A stretch of 64,000 nt of DNA from Acidobacteriota bacterium (GCA_965263035.1 OZ253580.1:4992001-5056000); one strand, 5' to 3'. Positions 20,850 through 29,829 are shown, counted from the first letter of the stretch. Numbers and translations are program-made. The notes: a model not told the origin generated them from the letters alone.

Positions 20850-21428
20850 ATGACGCTCAGCCGGGAGCCGAACTCAGGAGGGCATCATCATCTCGGTGGT
20901 CCTCCCGGCAGCATATCGCCGGCAAGGTTCCAGCTTCAAGGACCGTGGCCTCAGAACATAGAGGTGATGTACACCGCTCCGGACGCCTCGGGACTGGTCG
21001 AGCAGCTTGCCACGTTCGATTCAGGCACTGTGGATTACGATTACAACAACGTCATGATCCAAGGTCTGGTCGAATTGACCGGGAATGCTCATATCAAGAT
21101 CATTCACAATGACCCATACCATCCGAAGGTCCACTACGGAACTCCGGCTATGCTGCAAGGCATCAGGGAGCTGGCCAAGGCTTTCTTCAACACGTACAAC
21201 AAGAAGGTCGAGGTCAACGACATGAGCCTCCCAAGAGGTGGGCTGTTCGACTACAACGGCAACTGGGTGCCACCGCATCAAACGCACCGCACCGGCATAA
21301 ATGCGGACATCCAAACTCGCAACGTGAGCGAGACGGAGAGGGCGTATCTCAAGGCGAAAGGAGAGGAGCTTGGATTCAGGATGCTCCACGAAGATGATCC
21401 GCCTCATTTTCACGTCACCCTTTTGTGA
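20850..21428 (+). CDS. MepA-like (LAS family) murein endopeptidase domain protein
   Basis: VNDMSLPRGG, HQTHRTGINAD (H-x6-D) and C-terminal HFH (HxH) zinc motif. No signal peptide, possibly an N-truncated cassette. Confidence 0.75.
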   Translation: MTLSREPNSGGHHHLGGPPGSISPARFQLQGPWPQNIEVMYTAPDASGLVEQLATFDSGTVDYDYNNVMIQGLVELTGNAHIKIIHNDPYHPKVHYGTPAMLQGIRELAKAFFNTYNKKVEVNDMSLPRGGLFDYNGNWVPPHQTHRTGINADIQTRNVSETERAYLKAKGEELGFRMLHEDDPPHFHVTLL

Positions 21429-21457
21429 CTGAGAGCTGAACCGTAGGATGTGAGACT

Positions 21458-21946
21458 ATGAAACTGCTGCCGCTGTTGACACTATTACTGCTGCCGGTGC
21501 ACCAAGATGACGTCGTGCTCCTGTCACCAATGGAGTTCGAACACGCGCCCTTGGAAGTTCGCGAACAACTCACCGAAATGGGCTGCTCCATACCCCAAGT
21601 CTCCGATTTGTATGAGGAGAGAGAACACAACATCATCTCCGGTCAGTTCGCTACACCAGAGCAAACAGACTGGGCCGCGATCTGTTACAAAGACGGAAAA
21701 TCGGCAGTTGTCGTGTTGTGGGGCGGCCCGGTGAATTGCAGGTCGTGGATAAATGCTCCACGGAAAGGCTTCTGGATAGTGTTCGATCGCGTACTCTATA
21801 AATACCCGGCTTCGCGTAAGAGTCGGTATGGAGATGTTCCTGTAGTGCGAACACATGATGCAGTAAACTACGCTATCTGGGGGAGAGGAGCGATTGCTTA
21901 CTACTGCCACGAAGGAGAGTGGCTGGAGTTCATTACGTCGGACTAG
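21458..21946 (+). CDS. Secreted hypothetical protein, putative immunity partner
   Basis: N-terminal MKLLPLLTLLLLP signal-like sequence, four Cys, 29 bp downstream of the peptidase. Confidence 0.6.
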   Translation: MKLLPLLTLLLLPVHQDDVVLLSPMEFEHAPLEVREQLTEMGCSIPQVSDLYEEREHNIISGQFATPEQTDWAAICYKDGKSAVVVLWGGPVNCRSWINAPRKGFWIVFDRVLYKYPASRKSRYGDVPVVRTHDAVNYAIWGRGAIAYYCHEGEWLEFITSD

Positions 21947-21969
21947 CAACCAGCAGCAAGCAACACAAG

Positions 21970-22000
21970 AAAGGGTCGGCAGAAATGCCGGCCCTTTTTT
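21970..22000 (+). terminator. Rho-independent terminator
   Basis: AAAGGGTCGGCA-GAAA-TGCCGGCCCTTT stem followed by a T tract. Confidence 0.85.
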
Positions 22001-22242
22001 GTCTGCGTAAAACCCATAAACTCAAGGGTTTACGAGCAGGAATATGTCATGGTCCGCTGTCCGCTCGTCCCCCGTTCCGCTGCACGGTTGCATCCCCTGT
22101 CCGCTGAAACGCTGGTCGGCTATGAAAACCACCCAGTCCTCCATCAACTGCCGGCCGCGCCTCCCTTGACCGCTTAGGGGGCGTCCGTGCATTCGGCCGC
22201 CCAGTCACCCTGATCCAGGTACCCAACCGGAGGCTTTTCAGC

Positions 22243-22470
22243 GTGGCCGCCGCAGCCCAGTATCTGGGCAAGGCCATCGGCACGATTCGCAAATTGGCCG
22301 TTCTGAACGTCATCCAAGCCAGAGCCGAACTGGACACTGCCGGGCGCCGCCGCCGCGTCTTCGCACTGGAGGTCTTGAACGCCTACATCGATTCCCTGGA
22401 GCCGTGGTACGATTCGCCCCACGGCGAAGAACCCGGATCCAGAAAGGAGGAGATGCATGGGCATCTATAA
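22243..22470 (+). CDS. Excisionase-like HTH protein
   Basis: RRLFSVAAAAQYLGKAIGTIRKL resembles a Xis/HTH_17-type helix-turn-helix. Overlaps the integrase start. The true start probably lies upstream. Confidence 0.6.
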   Translation: MAAAAQYLGKAIGTIRKLAVLNVIQARAELDTAGRRRRVFALEVLNAYIDSLEPWYDSPHGEEPGSRKEEMHGHL

Positions 22471-23542
22471 GGTGAAGGATCGCCGGGGGAGGAGACGATA
22501 CGTCGTCAGCAAGTACTGGCCGAACGGATCCGGTCGGCTCCGAATGTACGCCCCCAACTACCGGAGCGCACAGGCGCTTCAAACACGAATCGAGTCCAGC
22601 ATCCTGGACGGCACCTGGAAGCGGCTCAAGCAGGAACTCGCCGGCGGGAAACGCACCATCTGGACGGTGCACAGCTTCTACAAGCGTTTTCTCGAGGAGT
22701 ATTGCAAACCTCGTATGCGCTCCTGGCGGAGCTATGAGGGTTCGTTCAAGAGCCTCAATGCCATGCTCGGGAACATTCCCCTGAAGGAGTTCCAACGCAA
22801 AGACCTGCACCGCTACGTCGCCCAGAGGAAGAAACAGGTCAAACCGGCCACGGTGAACCGTGCCATCGCCGCTATCAGCAAGCTGTTTTCCTACGCGCTG
22901 GAGTGCGGGGAAGTGGACACGCACCCGCTGGTGCGGTTTCCCAAACTGAAGGAGCCGAAGAAGGTCTTCCGGCCTTTGACGGTTCAACAGTTCCGCGACC
23001 TGGTCGAGGCGGTGGACAATCCGTACCTGCAAGCCATGATCGCGGTGATCGGCGAGACGGGGATTCGGAAAGGCGAGGCTTTGTCGCTCACCTGGAAACG
23101 GGTGGATTTGGGTCGCGGACTACTCTGGGTGGAACTCACCAAGAACGACGAGACGAGGGAGATTCCCCTGTCGAAGTACGCCACCGAATACCTGGCCGGG
23201 CTGGTTCGCTACCTGAACATCCCATACGTCTTCGTCAACAGCCGGACGGGGACGAGATGGGTGAATCCCGACAAGCCTCTGCGCCGGGCCGCCGAGAGGG
23301 TGGGGCTGAAGGTCGGATTTCACGATCTGAGGCGATTCCGCTGCAGCCACTGGTTGATGCAGGGTGTGGACGTGAGAACCGTCCAGAAGCTGATGGGTCA
23401 CTCGGCCATCAGCACGACGATGCGCTACGCGGGGTACGTCAGTTCGCATGCGCTTGCCAGCATTCGGGAGGCACAGGCTCACGAAGACTCACAAACGCAA
23501 CAGGCAACAAACAGGCAATGGGTAGGAAACAAGGGGCAATGA
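22457..23542 (+). CDS. Tyrosine integrase
   Basis: Catalytic R (TGIRKGE), K (TKN), HxxR (FHDLRR), H (LMGHS) and Y (TTMRY). SAM-like core-binding region (PATVNR). AGGAG RBS. Confidence 0.95.
   Translation: MGIYKVKDRRGRRRYVVSKYWPNGSGRLRMYAPNYRSAQALQTRIESSILDGTWKRLKQELAGGKRTIWTVHSFYKRFLEEYCKPRMRSWRSYEGSFKSLNAMLGNIPLKEFQRKDLHRYVAQRKKQVKPATVNRAIAAISKLFSYALECGEVDTHPLVRFPKLKEPKKVFRPLTVQQFRDLVEAVDNPYLQAMIAVIGETGIRKGEALSLTWKRVDLGRGLLWVELTKNDETREIPLSKYATEYLAGLVRYLNIPYVFVNSRTGTRWVNPDKPLRRAAERVGLKVGFHDLRRFRCSHWLMQGVDVRTVQKLMGHSAISTTMRYAGYVSSHALASIREAQAHEDSQTQQATNRQWVGNKGQ
23499..23517 (+). repeat. Putative integrase arm-type binding sites (right)
   Basis: Identical to 17481-17499. Lies within the 3' end of the integrase gene. 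Confidence 0.7.
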
Positions 23543-23614
23543 TTAGAGGGAATAATTGGGATAACCTGTTGAAACAAAAGGGCTGATCCCCTGTATTATC
23601 TAGACAGAGCAACG

Positions 23615-23692
23615 GATTTCCAATCGCCCATTCCTTCCCCGGTGGGCTCATGGACGCGATTTCGGAGTTCGGCGGTTGGAAACCGCCGCTCC
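23615..23692. repeat. Right att junction plus remainder of the REP pair
   Basis: Core GATTTCCAATC followed by GCCC. 23663-23692 is identical to 41693-41722. Confidence 0.85.
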
Positions 23693-24961
23693 TCAGGCGG
23701 CGATTCTTTCCGAATGGGCGTCCGATCCGGGACCGGTATCCGGCTCCCGGAAGACTCGCCAGAACACAAGGGCACACAGGGCCGTAATGACCGCGGGGAC
23801 GGCGAAGACGACATCGTAACGAGTCGTTTCGCCCACCGTAGCCACTTCCTTGAGCCAGCCCGAGAACAGGCTCCCGAGAAAGAGGCCGATGCCCAGGACC
23901 GCCACGTTGATCAGCGACTGGGCCGAAGCGCGGATGTCGGCCGGCGCCACCATGTCCGTGTAGATGAACGCCACCACAAAGAAGAAGACGTAGCAGAATC
24001 CGTGCAGGCTCAGTGAGCCCACGACGACCCAGACCAGCACCGGAGCGCTCTCGTACAGCGGCCAGGCGGCCGCGAAGATGACATACCGGACGGGCCAGGC
24101 CAGGATGCCCACCAGCATGGAGACTCGCACGCCCCAGCGGGAGAGGGCGTAGGGGAGGATCAGAGCCATGGTGAAGATCTCGGCGATCTGTCCGATGGTC
24201 ATCCAGGCAGGCAAATTCTCGGAGGTGATGCCCACCGCGGGACCGATGGTCTGAAGGTAGGGGAAGGTGAGGATGTAGTAGAGCTGGAGCTCGGTGGCCA
24301 CGACGAAGGCAATGATGAAAAAGCTGAGGTAGTTCCGGTCCTTGAGCAGCGCGAACGACTTTCGGAAGGCCAGGGGGTCCGGAGCCTCCCGAGAGGGAGG
24401 CGTGTGGGGAAGCGCCAGAGAGAAGAGGCCCAGGATCAGGGAAAAACCGGCCGCCAGGACGAAGGTGTCGATATAGCCGGCCGCCTCGGTGTCGAACAGG
24501 ACCCGCATCCCGGTCAGAGCCCAGTTGGCGCCGATCCAACCCAATGTGCCCCAGACTCGGATGGGACCGAAGTCCCGCTGTCCGTCGGCCAGATGCTGAA
24601 AGGCCAGTGCATTGGTCAGGGCCAGGGTGGGTGCGAAGACCAGACAGTACAGGAGCATCATGATCAACATGGCGCTCAGGGTCTCGGTGTAGGCCATCCA
24701 AAGCAGAAATCCCGCGCCCAGCAGATGAAAGATGGACAACGCCACCTGGGTAGGAAGCCAGCGGTCCGCCACCTGCCCTCCGGTGAACGGAGCCACCAGG
24801 TTGGCCAAGGGAAAGGCGGCGTAGATCAGTCCCAGACCCCATCCCGAGAACCCCAGTTGCACTTCCAGATACCCGGCCAGAGCCGGAGCCCAAGCCCCCC
24901 AGATGGCGTACTGCAGGAACATCATCAGGCCGAGCCGGGGATGGCTGAACATCCTTCTCAT
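23693..24961 (-). CDS. MFS transporter, nucleoside:H+ symporter (NupG-like) family
   Basis: MMFLQYAIWGAW, GQVADRW, FGPIRVWGTLGWI, MTIGQIAE, LHGFCY.FFF. Confidence 0.9.
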   Translation of the reverse strand: MRRMFSHPRLGLMMFLQYAIWGAWAPALAGYLEVQLGFSGWGLGLIYAAFPLANLVAPFTGGQVADRWLPTQVALSIFHLLGAGFLLWMAYTETLSAMLIMMLLYCLVFAPTLALTNALAFQHLADGQRDFGPIRVWGTLGWIGANWALTGMRVLFDTEAAGYIDTFVLAAGFSLILGLFSLALPHTPPSREAPDPLAFRKSFALLKDRNYLSFFIIAFVVATELQLYYILTFPYLQTIGPAVGITSENLPAWMTIGQIAEIFTMALILPYALSRWGVRVSMLVGILAWPVRYVIFAAAWPLYESAPVLVWVVVGSLSLHGFCYVFFFVVAFIYTDMVAPADIRASAQSLINVAVLGIGLFLGSLFSGWLKEVATVGETTRYDVVFAVPAVITALCALVFWRVFREPDTGPGSDAHSERIAA

Positions 24962-25006
24962 TGATCCCTCTCCTTCTTCCGAGTCAGTCGATCAGATCAT
25001 TGACGG

Positions 25007-26170
25007 TCAGGGCAGGGACCCCACCTCGACGGTCAGGCTCCTGGGTTGGTCATCGCGACGTTCCCGGATGTGGAGTTCGGCGCCATCGTATTCCGCGGAC
25101 TCCACCCCCTGGAAATCGCCGGGGATCCGCGCCAGAAAAAGGATGTAGCTCCTGGTGTCCGTTTCCCCCGCATCCAGGTACTCGTAGACTCCTCTGTCCA
25201 GCACTTTGCCCAGTTGGAGCAGGGTTGGGAACGGTTGGTGGATCCCCGTGGTCCCGAACTCGAGCCCGCGAGCGCTCACTTTTCCCTGGTGCCGGTAACG
25301 CCACATGTTCAGCCACGGGTACTCGGAGATCTTCCAGAGATACCCCACCAGAAGGCCGGCGGAAGGCGTCGCGGCCGTCACCCAGCCGTACTCGACTCCG
25401 GGGTCGAAGATGAAGGCGGTGACATCGTGGCCCGAGGCGCCGTCTTCGGTGCCGCGGAAGAAACGAAGGTTCGCCGGCGTCCCCCCGATGGAGATCCGGG
25501 GCCAGCGGTCGGCGTCCTCCACCGATTCCGGTACCGGTTCTTCCTGGACCAGTCCATGGGAGGCGTTGCAGTCCACGATGGTGGTGTCGTCCAGGAAAGG
25601 AGGGGCGATGCTGGGATGTTGCACCAGGTTGTAGACTCGTCCCGCCGCCCGGATGTTGGTGACCTCTTCGGTCACCGTGAGGGACGCCTCCTTTTCCTGG
25701 AGCCGGACGGTTCGCTTCACTTCCATACCCGCCAGGGGAAGGGTGCATCCCATGCGGAGCCCATGGCCTGCGGGTTCATCGGCGGAAGGGTCGAGCCGTT
25801 CCCAGACCACTCGCGGGGCCTCTCCGTGGTAGGGCATCCCCATCTTCTCCTCGGCTGGAGATGGGGCGCCCCAGCGATCGAAGCAGACGAAATGCCCCTG
25901 CAGGTTCGGTCCGTCCGAATTCAACGGTTCGATGTCCTCCGTGGCTCGCCAGCTCAGCGGATTGACCGGGTGGTCCAGGAAGTGGATGTCGATGATGCCG
26001 CCGCCCCAGCGGTCCAGCGCGACCTGGGAAAGTCCATTCTTCAGGACCAACAACCGGGGTGCGGGCGCCGGCTCTTCCGGGGGAGGCGTGCAACTGGACA
26101 GTCCGGCCAGAATCACCAAGACCAGTCCCAGCCATAGAGGGTCGAGAAATTCCAGTGTCTTCAAGATCAT
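25007..26170 (-). CDS. Lipoprotein, galactose-mutarotase-like fold (hypothetical)
   Basis: Lipobox LSSC. GHF.CFD, HGEA, QHPSI and GLEFGT motifs typical of aldose-epimerase-like proteins. Confidence 0.55.
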   Translation of the reverse strand: MILKTLEFLDPLWLGLVLVILAGLSSCTPPPEEPAPAPRLLVLKNGLSQVALDRWGGGIIDIHFLDHPVNPLSWRATEDIEPLNSDGPNLQGHFVCFDRWGAPSPAEEKMGMPYHGEAPRVVWERLDPSADEPAGHGLRMGCTLPLAGMEVKRTVRLQEKEASLTVTEEVTNIRAAGRVYNLVQHPSIAPPFLDDTTIVDCNASHGLVQEEPVPESVEDADRWPRISIGGTPANLRFFRGTEDGASGHDVTAFIFDPGVEYGWVTAATPSAGLLVGYLWKISEYPWLNMWRYRHQGKVSARGLEFGTTGIHQPFPTLLQLGKVLDRGVYEYLDAGETDTRSYILFLARIPGDFQGVESAEYDGAELHIRERRDDQPRSLTVEVGSLP

Positions 26171-26273
26171 GGTCGTGCTCTCCTGGCAGCAGCCTGCGGC
26201 CGATATCGCCGCCGAACTCGGCCGGCGCTGCATCCCGGCCGGATACGGGACAGGATGGCGACAAGGGCCACCC

Positions 26274-27320
26274 CTATAAAGTTTGCCCCTCGTTCTGTTC
26301 CTTCCAAAGCACCAGCCGCCGGGACAGTTGACGGCGCGTCGCCGTGCCGGTCACGGACAGTTGCCGGATCGTGACCGAAGCCGCCAGATTGCCCACCAGG
26401 GCAGCTTCAGGGAGGCTCGCGCCGCTGCACAGCGCCAACACCGCGCCGGCGGTGAAGCTGTCGCCCGCGCCGGTCACGTCCAGCGGTCCTTCGACCTGGA
26501 CGGCCGGCACCCGCGCTATCTCCGGGTCGGTCACCAGGGCTCCCGCATCACCCAAGGTCACGCAGATGGGGGCGCCGGCCCTTCTCCGGAACCGGGGCAG
26601 GATCCGCCGGATGGATTCGACGGGGACCTTCTCTCCGGGTCCGGGGCTGGCGCACCGGATCGCCTCGAACTGATTCGGCTTCAGGATCATCCGGCGGAAG
26701 CGGTGGATCTGGGCCCGGCTGTCGGCCCAGAAGACGACCCGAGGGTGACGATGGGCCAGATCCGCCAAGCCGTCGCGGACCCTTTCGGTCACGACGCCCA
26801 ACTCCGGTTCTTCCACCTGATCCTCGATGATGACCGCGTCGACGCGATCCAGCAAACCTTCCAGATCAGCCAACATCTCCTGCAGGAGATCCGGGGAGGT
26901 GGGGGCTCGGTTCCGGATGTCATAGCGCTCGTGTTCTCCGGAAAGACCCGTCCGGGACGAGTCCCTCGGCTTCAGGTAGGTGGGAGTCAGGTATGCCTTC
27001 CGGCGCCGCAATCCCCGGGTCGTGCAACCGATACGGTCCAGACATTGTCTCAACTCGAATCCGTGGCCGTCATCTCCCGTGATTCCCAGCGCGTGGATCC
27101 GGTCGCAGCCCAGCGACGCCAGGTTGTTCACCGCCGTTCCGGCGGCGCCGGGACTGGAGCGTACGGCGGCAACTTGGTGGGCTCTCTTTCCCGTCTCCAG
27201 ACTTCGCTCCTCCAAGGCCGGGTCGACGTCCAGATACTGGTCCAGAAAGAAATCCCCCAAGACGGCGACCCGACAGGAGGGGAACCGGTCCGTCAGTTCT
27301 GCCAGCCTCGAACTCCTCAT
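26274..27320 (-). CDS. PfkB family carbohydrate kinase (HldE/RfaE-like)
   Basis: VLGDFFLDQY, PGAAG, LKPN..E, DVTGAGDSF. Start MRSSRL overlaps the upstream gene's stop. Confidence 0.9.
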   Translation of the reverse strand: MRSSRLAELTDRFPSCRVAVLGDFFLDQYLDVDPALEERSLETGKRAHQVAAVRSSPGAAGTAVNNLASLGCDRIHALGITGDDGHGFELRQCLDRIGCTTRGLRRRKAYLTPTYLKPRDSSRTGLSGEHERYDIRNRAPTSPDLLQEMLADLEGLLDRVDAVIIEDQVEEPELGVVTERVRDGLADLAHRHPRVVFWADSRAQIHRFRRMILKPNQFEAIRCASPGPGEKVPVESIRRILPRFRRRAGAPICVTLGDAGALVTDPEIARVPAVQVEGPLDVTGAGDSFTAGAVLALCSGASLPEAALVGNLAASVTIRQLSVTGTATRRQLSRRLVLWKEQNEGQTL

Positions 27321-28321
27321 GACTCCGAGTAGCGACCGCGTCGGGCAAGCTCGCCGGCCTGGAGCCGGTCGAGGACCAGATCGTAAAGGGCAGGAACCGT
27401 CGCCGCATGGTTCCCTTGCACGTAGAAGCTCTCCCCGCCGTCGGCCACGGTTCGTACCAGGATGGTCTTGAAAGGCCGGAAGTAGTATCTGGGGTCCGAC
27501 TTGCCGGCCTCCCGGGAGGTGTCCCCCAGAGGGACCAGGTCGAAGACGGCAGTGGTGAAGTTGGCGATGCGCCGGCCTTCCCGGTGAGCGACGTTTCGGG
27601 CCATGGCCAGGGCCTTCAGGTAGATCTCCGGTCCCATGACGGCGGACCCGATGTTGAGGAAGATTCCCCCCTCCAGTTGGGCCACCGATTCGGCGAAGAT
27701 CAGGAAGTCGGTATAGGAGGCCGCCCCGGTGGCGGCTCCATCGAATCCCGGATGCTGGTGGACGATGTCCTGGCCGATGGAGACATGGACCGTGGCCGGG
27801 ACCCCGAGCCGGTAGGCCGCGGCCAAAACGCTCTGGTTCCGGTAGGGGAGGGACTCCTCCTGGATCATTCGTCCCACCGCCTCCCCCAAGCCGATTCGTT
27901 CTCGCGCCGCAGCCGACGCAGCCTCGTTGATGCGCCCGGTCTCCTGCCAGAGTCCGAACTGCCCTTCGGCTACGTAACGGGCCACACTCTCGCAGGTCTC
28001 GTCCACCAGCGCCAGTTCGAAGTCGTGAATGGCTCCGGCGCCATTGAGGGCCAAATGACCGAGGACTCCCCGCTCCATGAGATCGATGAGCAGCGGAGCG
28101 TTGCCCTCCCGCAGGACATGGGCGCCGCAGGCGAAGATGACGGATCGGCCCGCTTGTGAGGCGTCCACCATGCGCCGGGCCAGTGTGGGCAGTGCCGGAT
28201 GCTCGAAGGGCTCTCGATCCCCTCCCGGAGTCTTCAGCACGTCCTCTGCCTTCAGGTCGTGGGTACGCCGGCTCAGGGGGAGAAGCCGCAGGCGGCTGCG
28301 GTCGAACTGGGGGAAGGGCAA
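27317..28321 (-). CDS. Deoxyhypusine-synthase-like fold hypothetical protein
   Basis: GAHVL, NGAGAIHDFE, VPATVHVSIG.DI.H, GSAVMGPE.YLKA, G.H motifs. TTG start. Confidence 0.6.
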   Translation of the reverse strand: MPFPQFDRSRLRLLPLSRRTHDLKAEDVLKTPGGDREPFEHPALPTLARRMVDASQAGRSVIFACGAHVLREGNAPLLIDLMERGVLGHLALNGAGAIHDFELALVDETCESVARYVAEGQFGLWQETGRINEAASAAARERIGLGEAVGRMIQEESLPYRNQSVLAAAYRLGVPATVHVSIGQDIVHQHPGFDGAATGAASYTDFLIFAESVAQLEGGIFLNIGSAVMGPEIYLKALAMARNVAHREGRRIANFTTAVFDLVPLGDTSREAGKSDPRYYFRPFKTILVRTVADGGESFYVQGNHAATVPALYDLVLDRLQAGELARRGRYSES

Positions 28322-28324
28322 TCT

Positions 28325-29182
28325 TCACGCTCGCTGGAAGAGGCAGCGGATGAGGACTCTCCAGTCCCGGAAGTCGGGAACCAAGAGGTCGGCGCCCGCC
28401 GCGCTCAACCGGGTTCGTTTCCAAGGGTCGGGAGCGCCGCCGGGATTGGCTTCGTCGGTGGCTAGGGCAACGGCGATCCCGCCGCACGATTTCACGTTCT
28501 CGATCTCCACGTAGCCGTCCCCGAATCCCACCAGAGAGGCGCCGTCGATCCGGTGCTCCCGGAGGATTCGTTCGATGACCCTTCGCTTGGAGTGGTTCGC
28601 GTAGTCTTCCCGGGCGCCGTAGATGTGGTTTCCGAAGAATCCGTCCAACTCCAGGAGGCGAGCTTCTTCGCGGACGTACTGCTCATCGGTACCGCTGGCC
28701 AGGTAGAGTTGGACGTCCCGCTCCCGGAGGGCGCGCAACATCCGGACCGTTCCCGGAACCAGATAGTCGGCGGGGCGGGCCTTGCCGGTGCGCAGGCGCC
28801 GGCGCCGGTGGCGGATCTTCTCCATCAGAAGGTCCAGATACCGGCTCTTGTATTCCTGGGGATCAGCAGGTGTGCCCCCTCTTTTTTCCAACTCCTTCGC
28901 CAGCCGGATCATCTGATAGATGGTCTGCCGGCCCGTCAGCTCGGTGACGAAGTCGGTGACCACACGCTCCAACTCCTCATCGCTTTCGCCGGTGCCGCTC
29001 TGCTTCAGGATGGCCACCATCATGGGGGTCATGACCTGGGGCCAACCTTCGCGGATCAGGCTGAGGGTGCCGTCGAAGTCGAAAAGGGCGCAACGGGGGG
29101 GCTGGGTCCGGGAGACGTCCCGGAGCACCTCGACGGTGGACCCCTCCAGAAAACCCGGCGTCGCAGAAGTCGTCAGCGCCAT
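28325..29182 (-). CDS. HAD family hydrolase
   Basis: FDFDGT (motif I), LASGT (II), K (III), GFGDG (IV). Confidence 0.9.
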   Translation of the reverse strand: MALTTSATPGFLEGSTVEVLRDVSRTQPPRCALFDFDGTLSLIREGWPQVMTPMMVAILKQSGTGESDEELERVVTDFVTELTGRQTIYQMIRLAKELEKRGGTPADPQEYKSRYLDLLMEKIRHRRRRLRTGKARPADYLVPGTVRMLRALRERDVQLYLASGTDEQYVREEARLLELDGFFGNHIYGAREDYANHSKRRVIERILREHRIDGASLVGFGDGYVEIENVKSCGGIAVALATDEANPGGAPDPWKRTRLSAAGADLLVPDFRDWRVLIRCLFQRA

Positions 29183-29331
29183 GATGAAGAAAAGGATACC
29201 GTCAAAGATCAGCGGATGCGAACTTGTCCACCCCCGGTTTCGAGGCGGTGCGGGACGGGCGAATCCGTTGTGTTCCAGGGACCGGTGACGGCCTTGTGAG
29301 GCGCAGCCGACTGGGCTATGGTGATCCGGCG

Positions 29332-29829
29332 ATGTCTCGGGAACCGGACGAAGACCGAAGCTGGCGAGGGAAGGTGGGGAAGCTGTCCCTGGAGGAACTG
29401 GAGGAATTCCTTTCCGGAGACCCCATTTGCCGGCTCGGTTGTCTGGACCGGGAGGGGTGGCCCTACGTGGTGCCGTGCTGGTTCGAGTACCGGGACGGAG
29501 GCTTCTACATCATTCCACGAGCCCGTTCCGCCTGGGCCAGGCACATTCAGCGGGAGCCCCGGGTGTTTCTGTGCATCGATGACTCCACCCGTTACAATCG
29601 GAGGGTTCTGGTGCGGGGCGAGGCTGAGGTCATGGAAGAGCCCAACGTGGGGGGAAGATGGGTCGAGATCGCCCGCAGAATGTCGCTGCGCTATCTGGGA
29701 GACCGGGGCCCGGACTATCTGGTTCCGACTCTGAACGAGCCCAGATGGCTGTTGTTTGTCCTACCCCGCAAGCTCATGAGCTGGCAAGGGGTCGATTGGG
29801 CCAAACGATACAAGCACCGCGAATGGTAG
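29332..29829 (+). CDS. Pyridoxamine 5'-phosphate oxidase family (flavin/F420-binding) protein
   Basis: CRLGC...G.PYVVPCWF, PRV.LCID, VLVRGEAE. Confidence 0.8.
   Translation: MSREPDEDRSWRGKVGKLSLEELEEFLSGDPICRLGCLDREGWPYVVPCWFEYRDGGFYIIPRARSAWARHIQREPRVFLCIDDSTRYNRRVLVRGEAEVMEEPNVGGRWVEIARRMSLRYLGDRGPDYLVPTLNEPRWLLFVLPRKLMSWQGVDWAKRYKHREW

Larger units (their letters stand above)
17364..23625. mobile_element. Integrative element (tyrosine integrase) inserted in a REP hairpin
   Basis: Direct repeat GATTTCCAATC at 17364-17374 and 23615-23625. A 19-bp repeat AACAGGCAACAAACAGGCA lies ~100 bp inside each end. Integrase is adjacent to the right end, and cargo GC is lower than the flanks. Confidence 0.88.
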
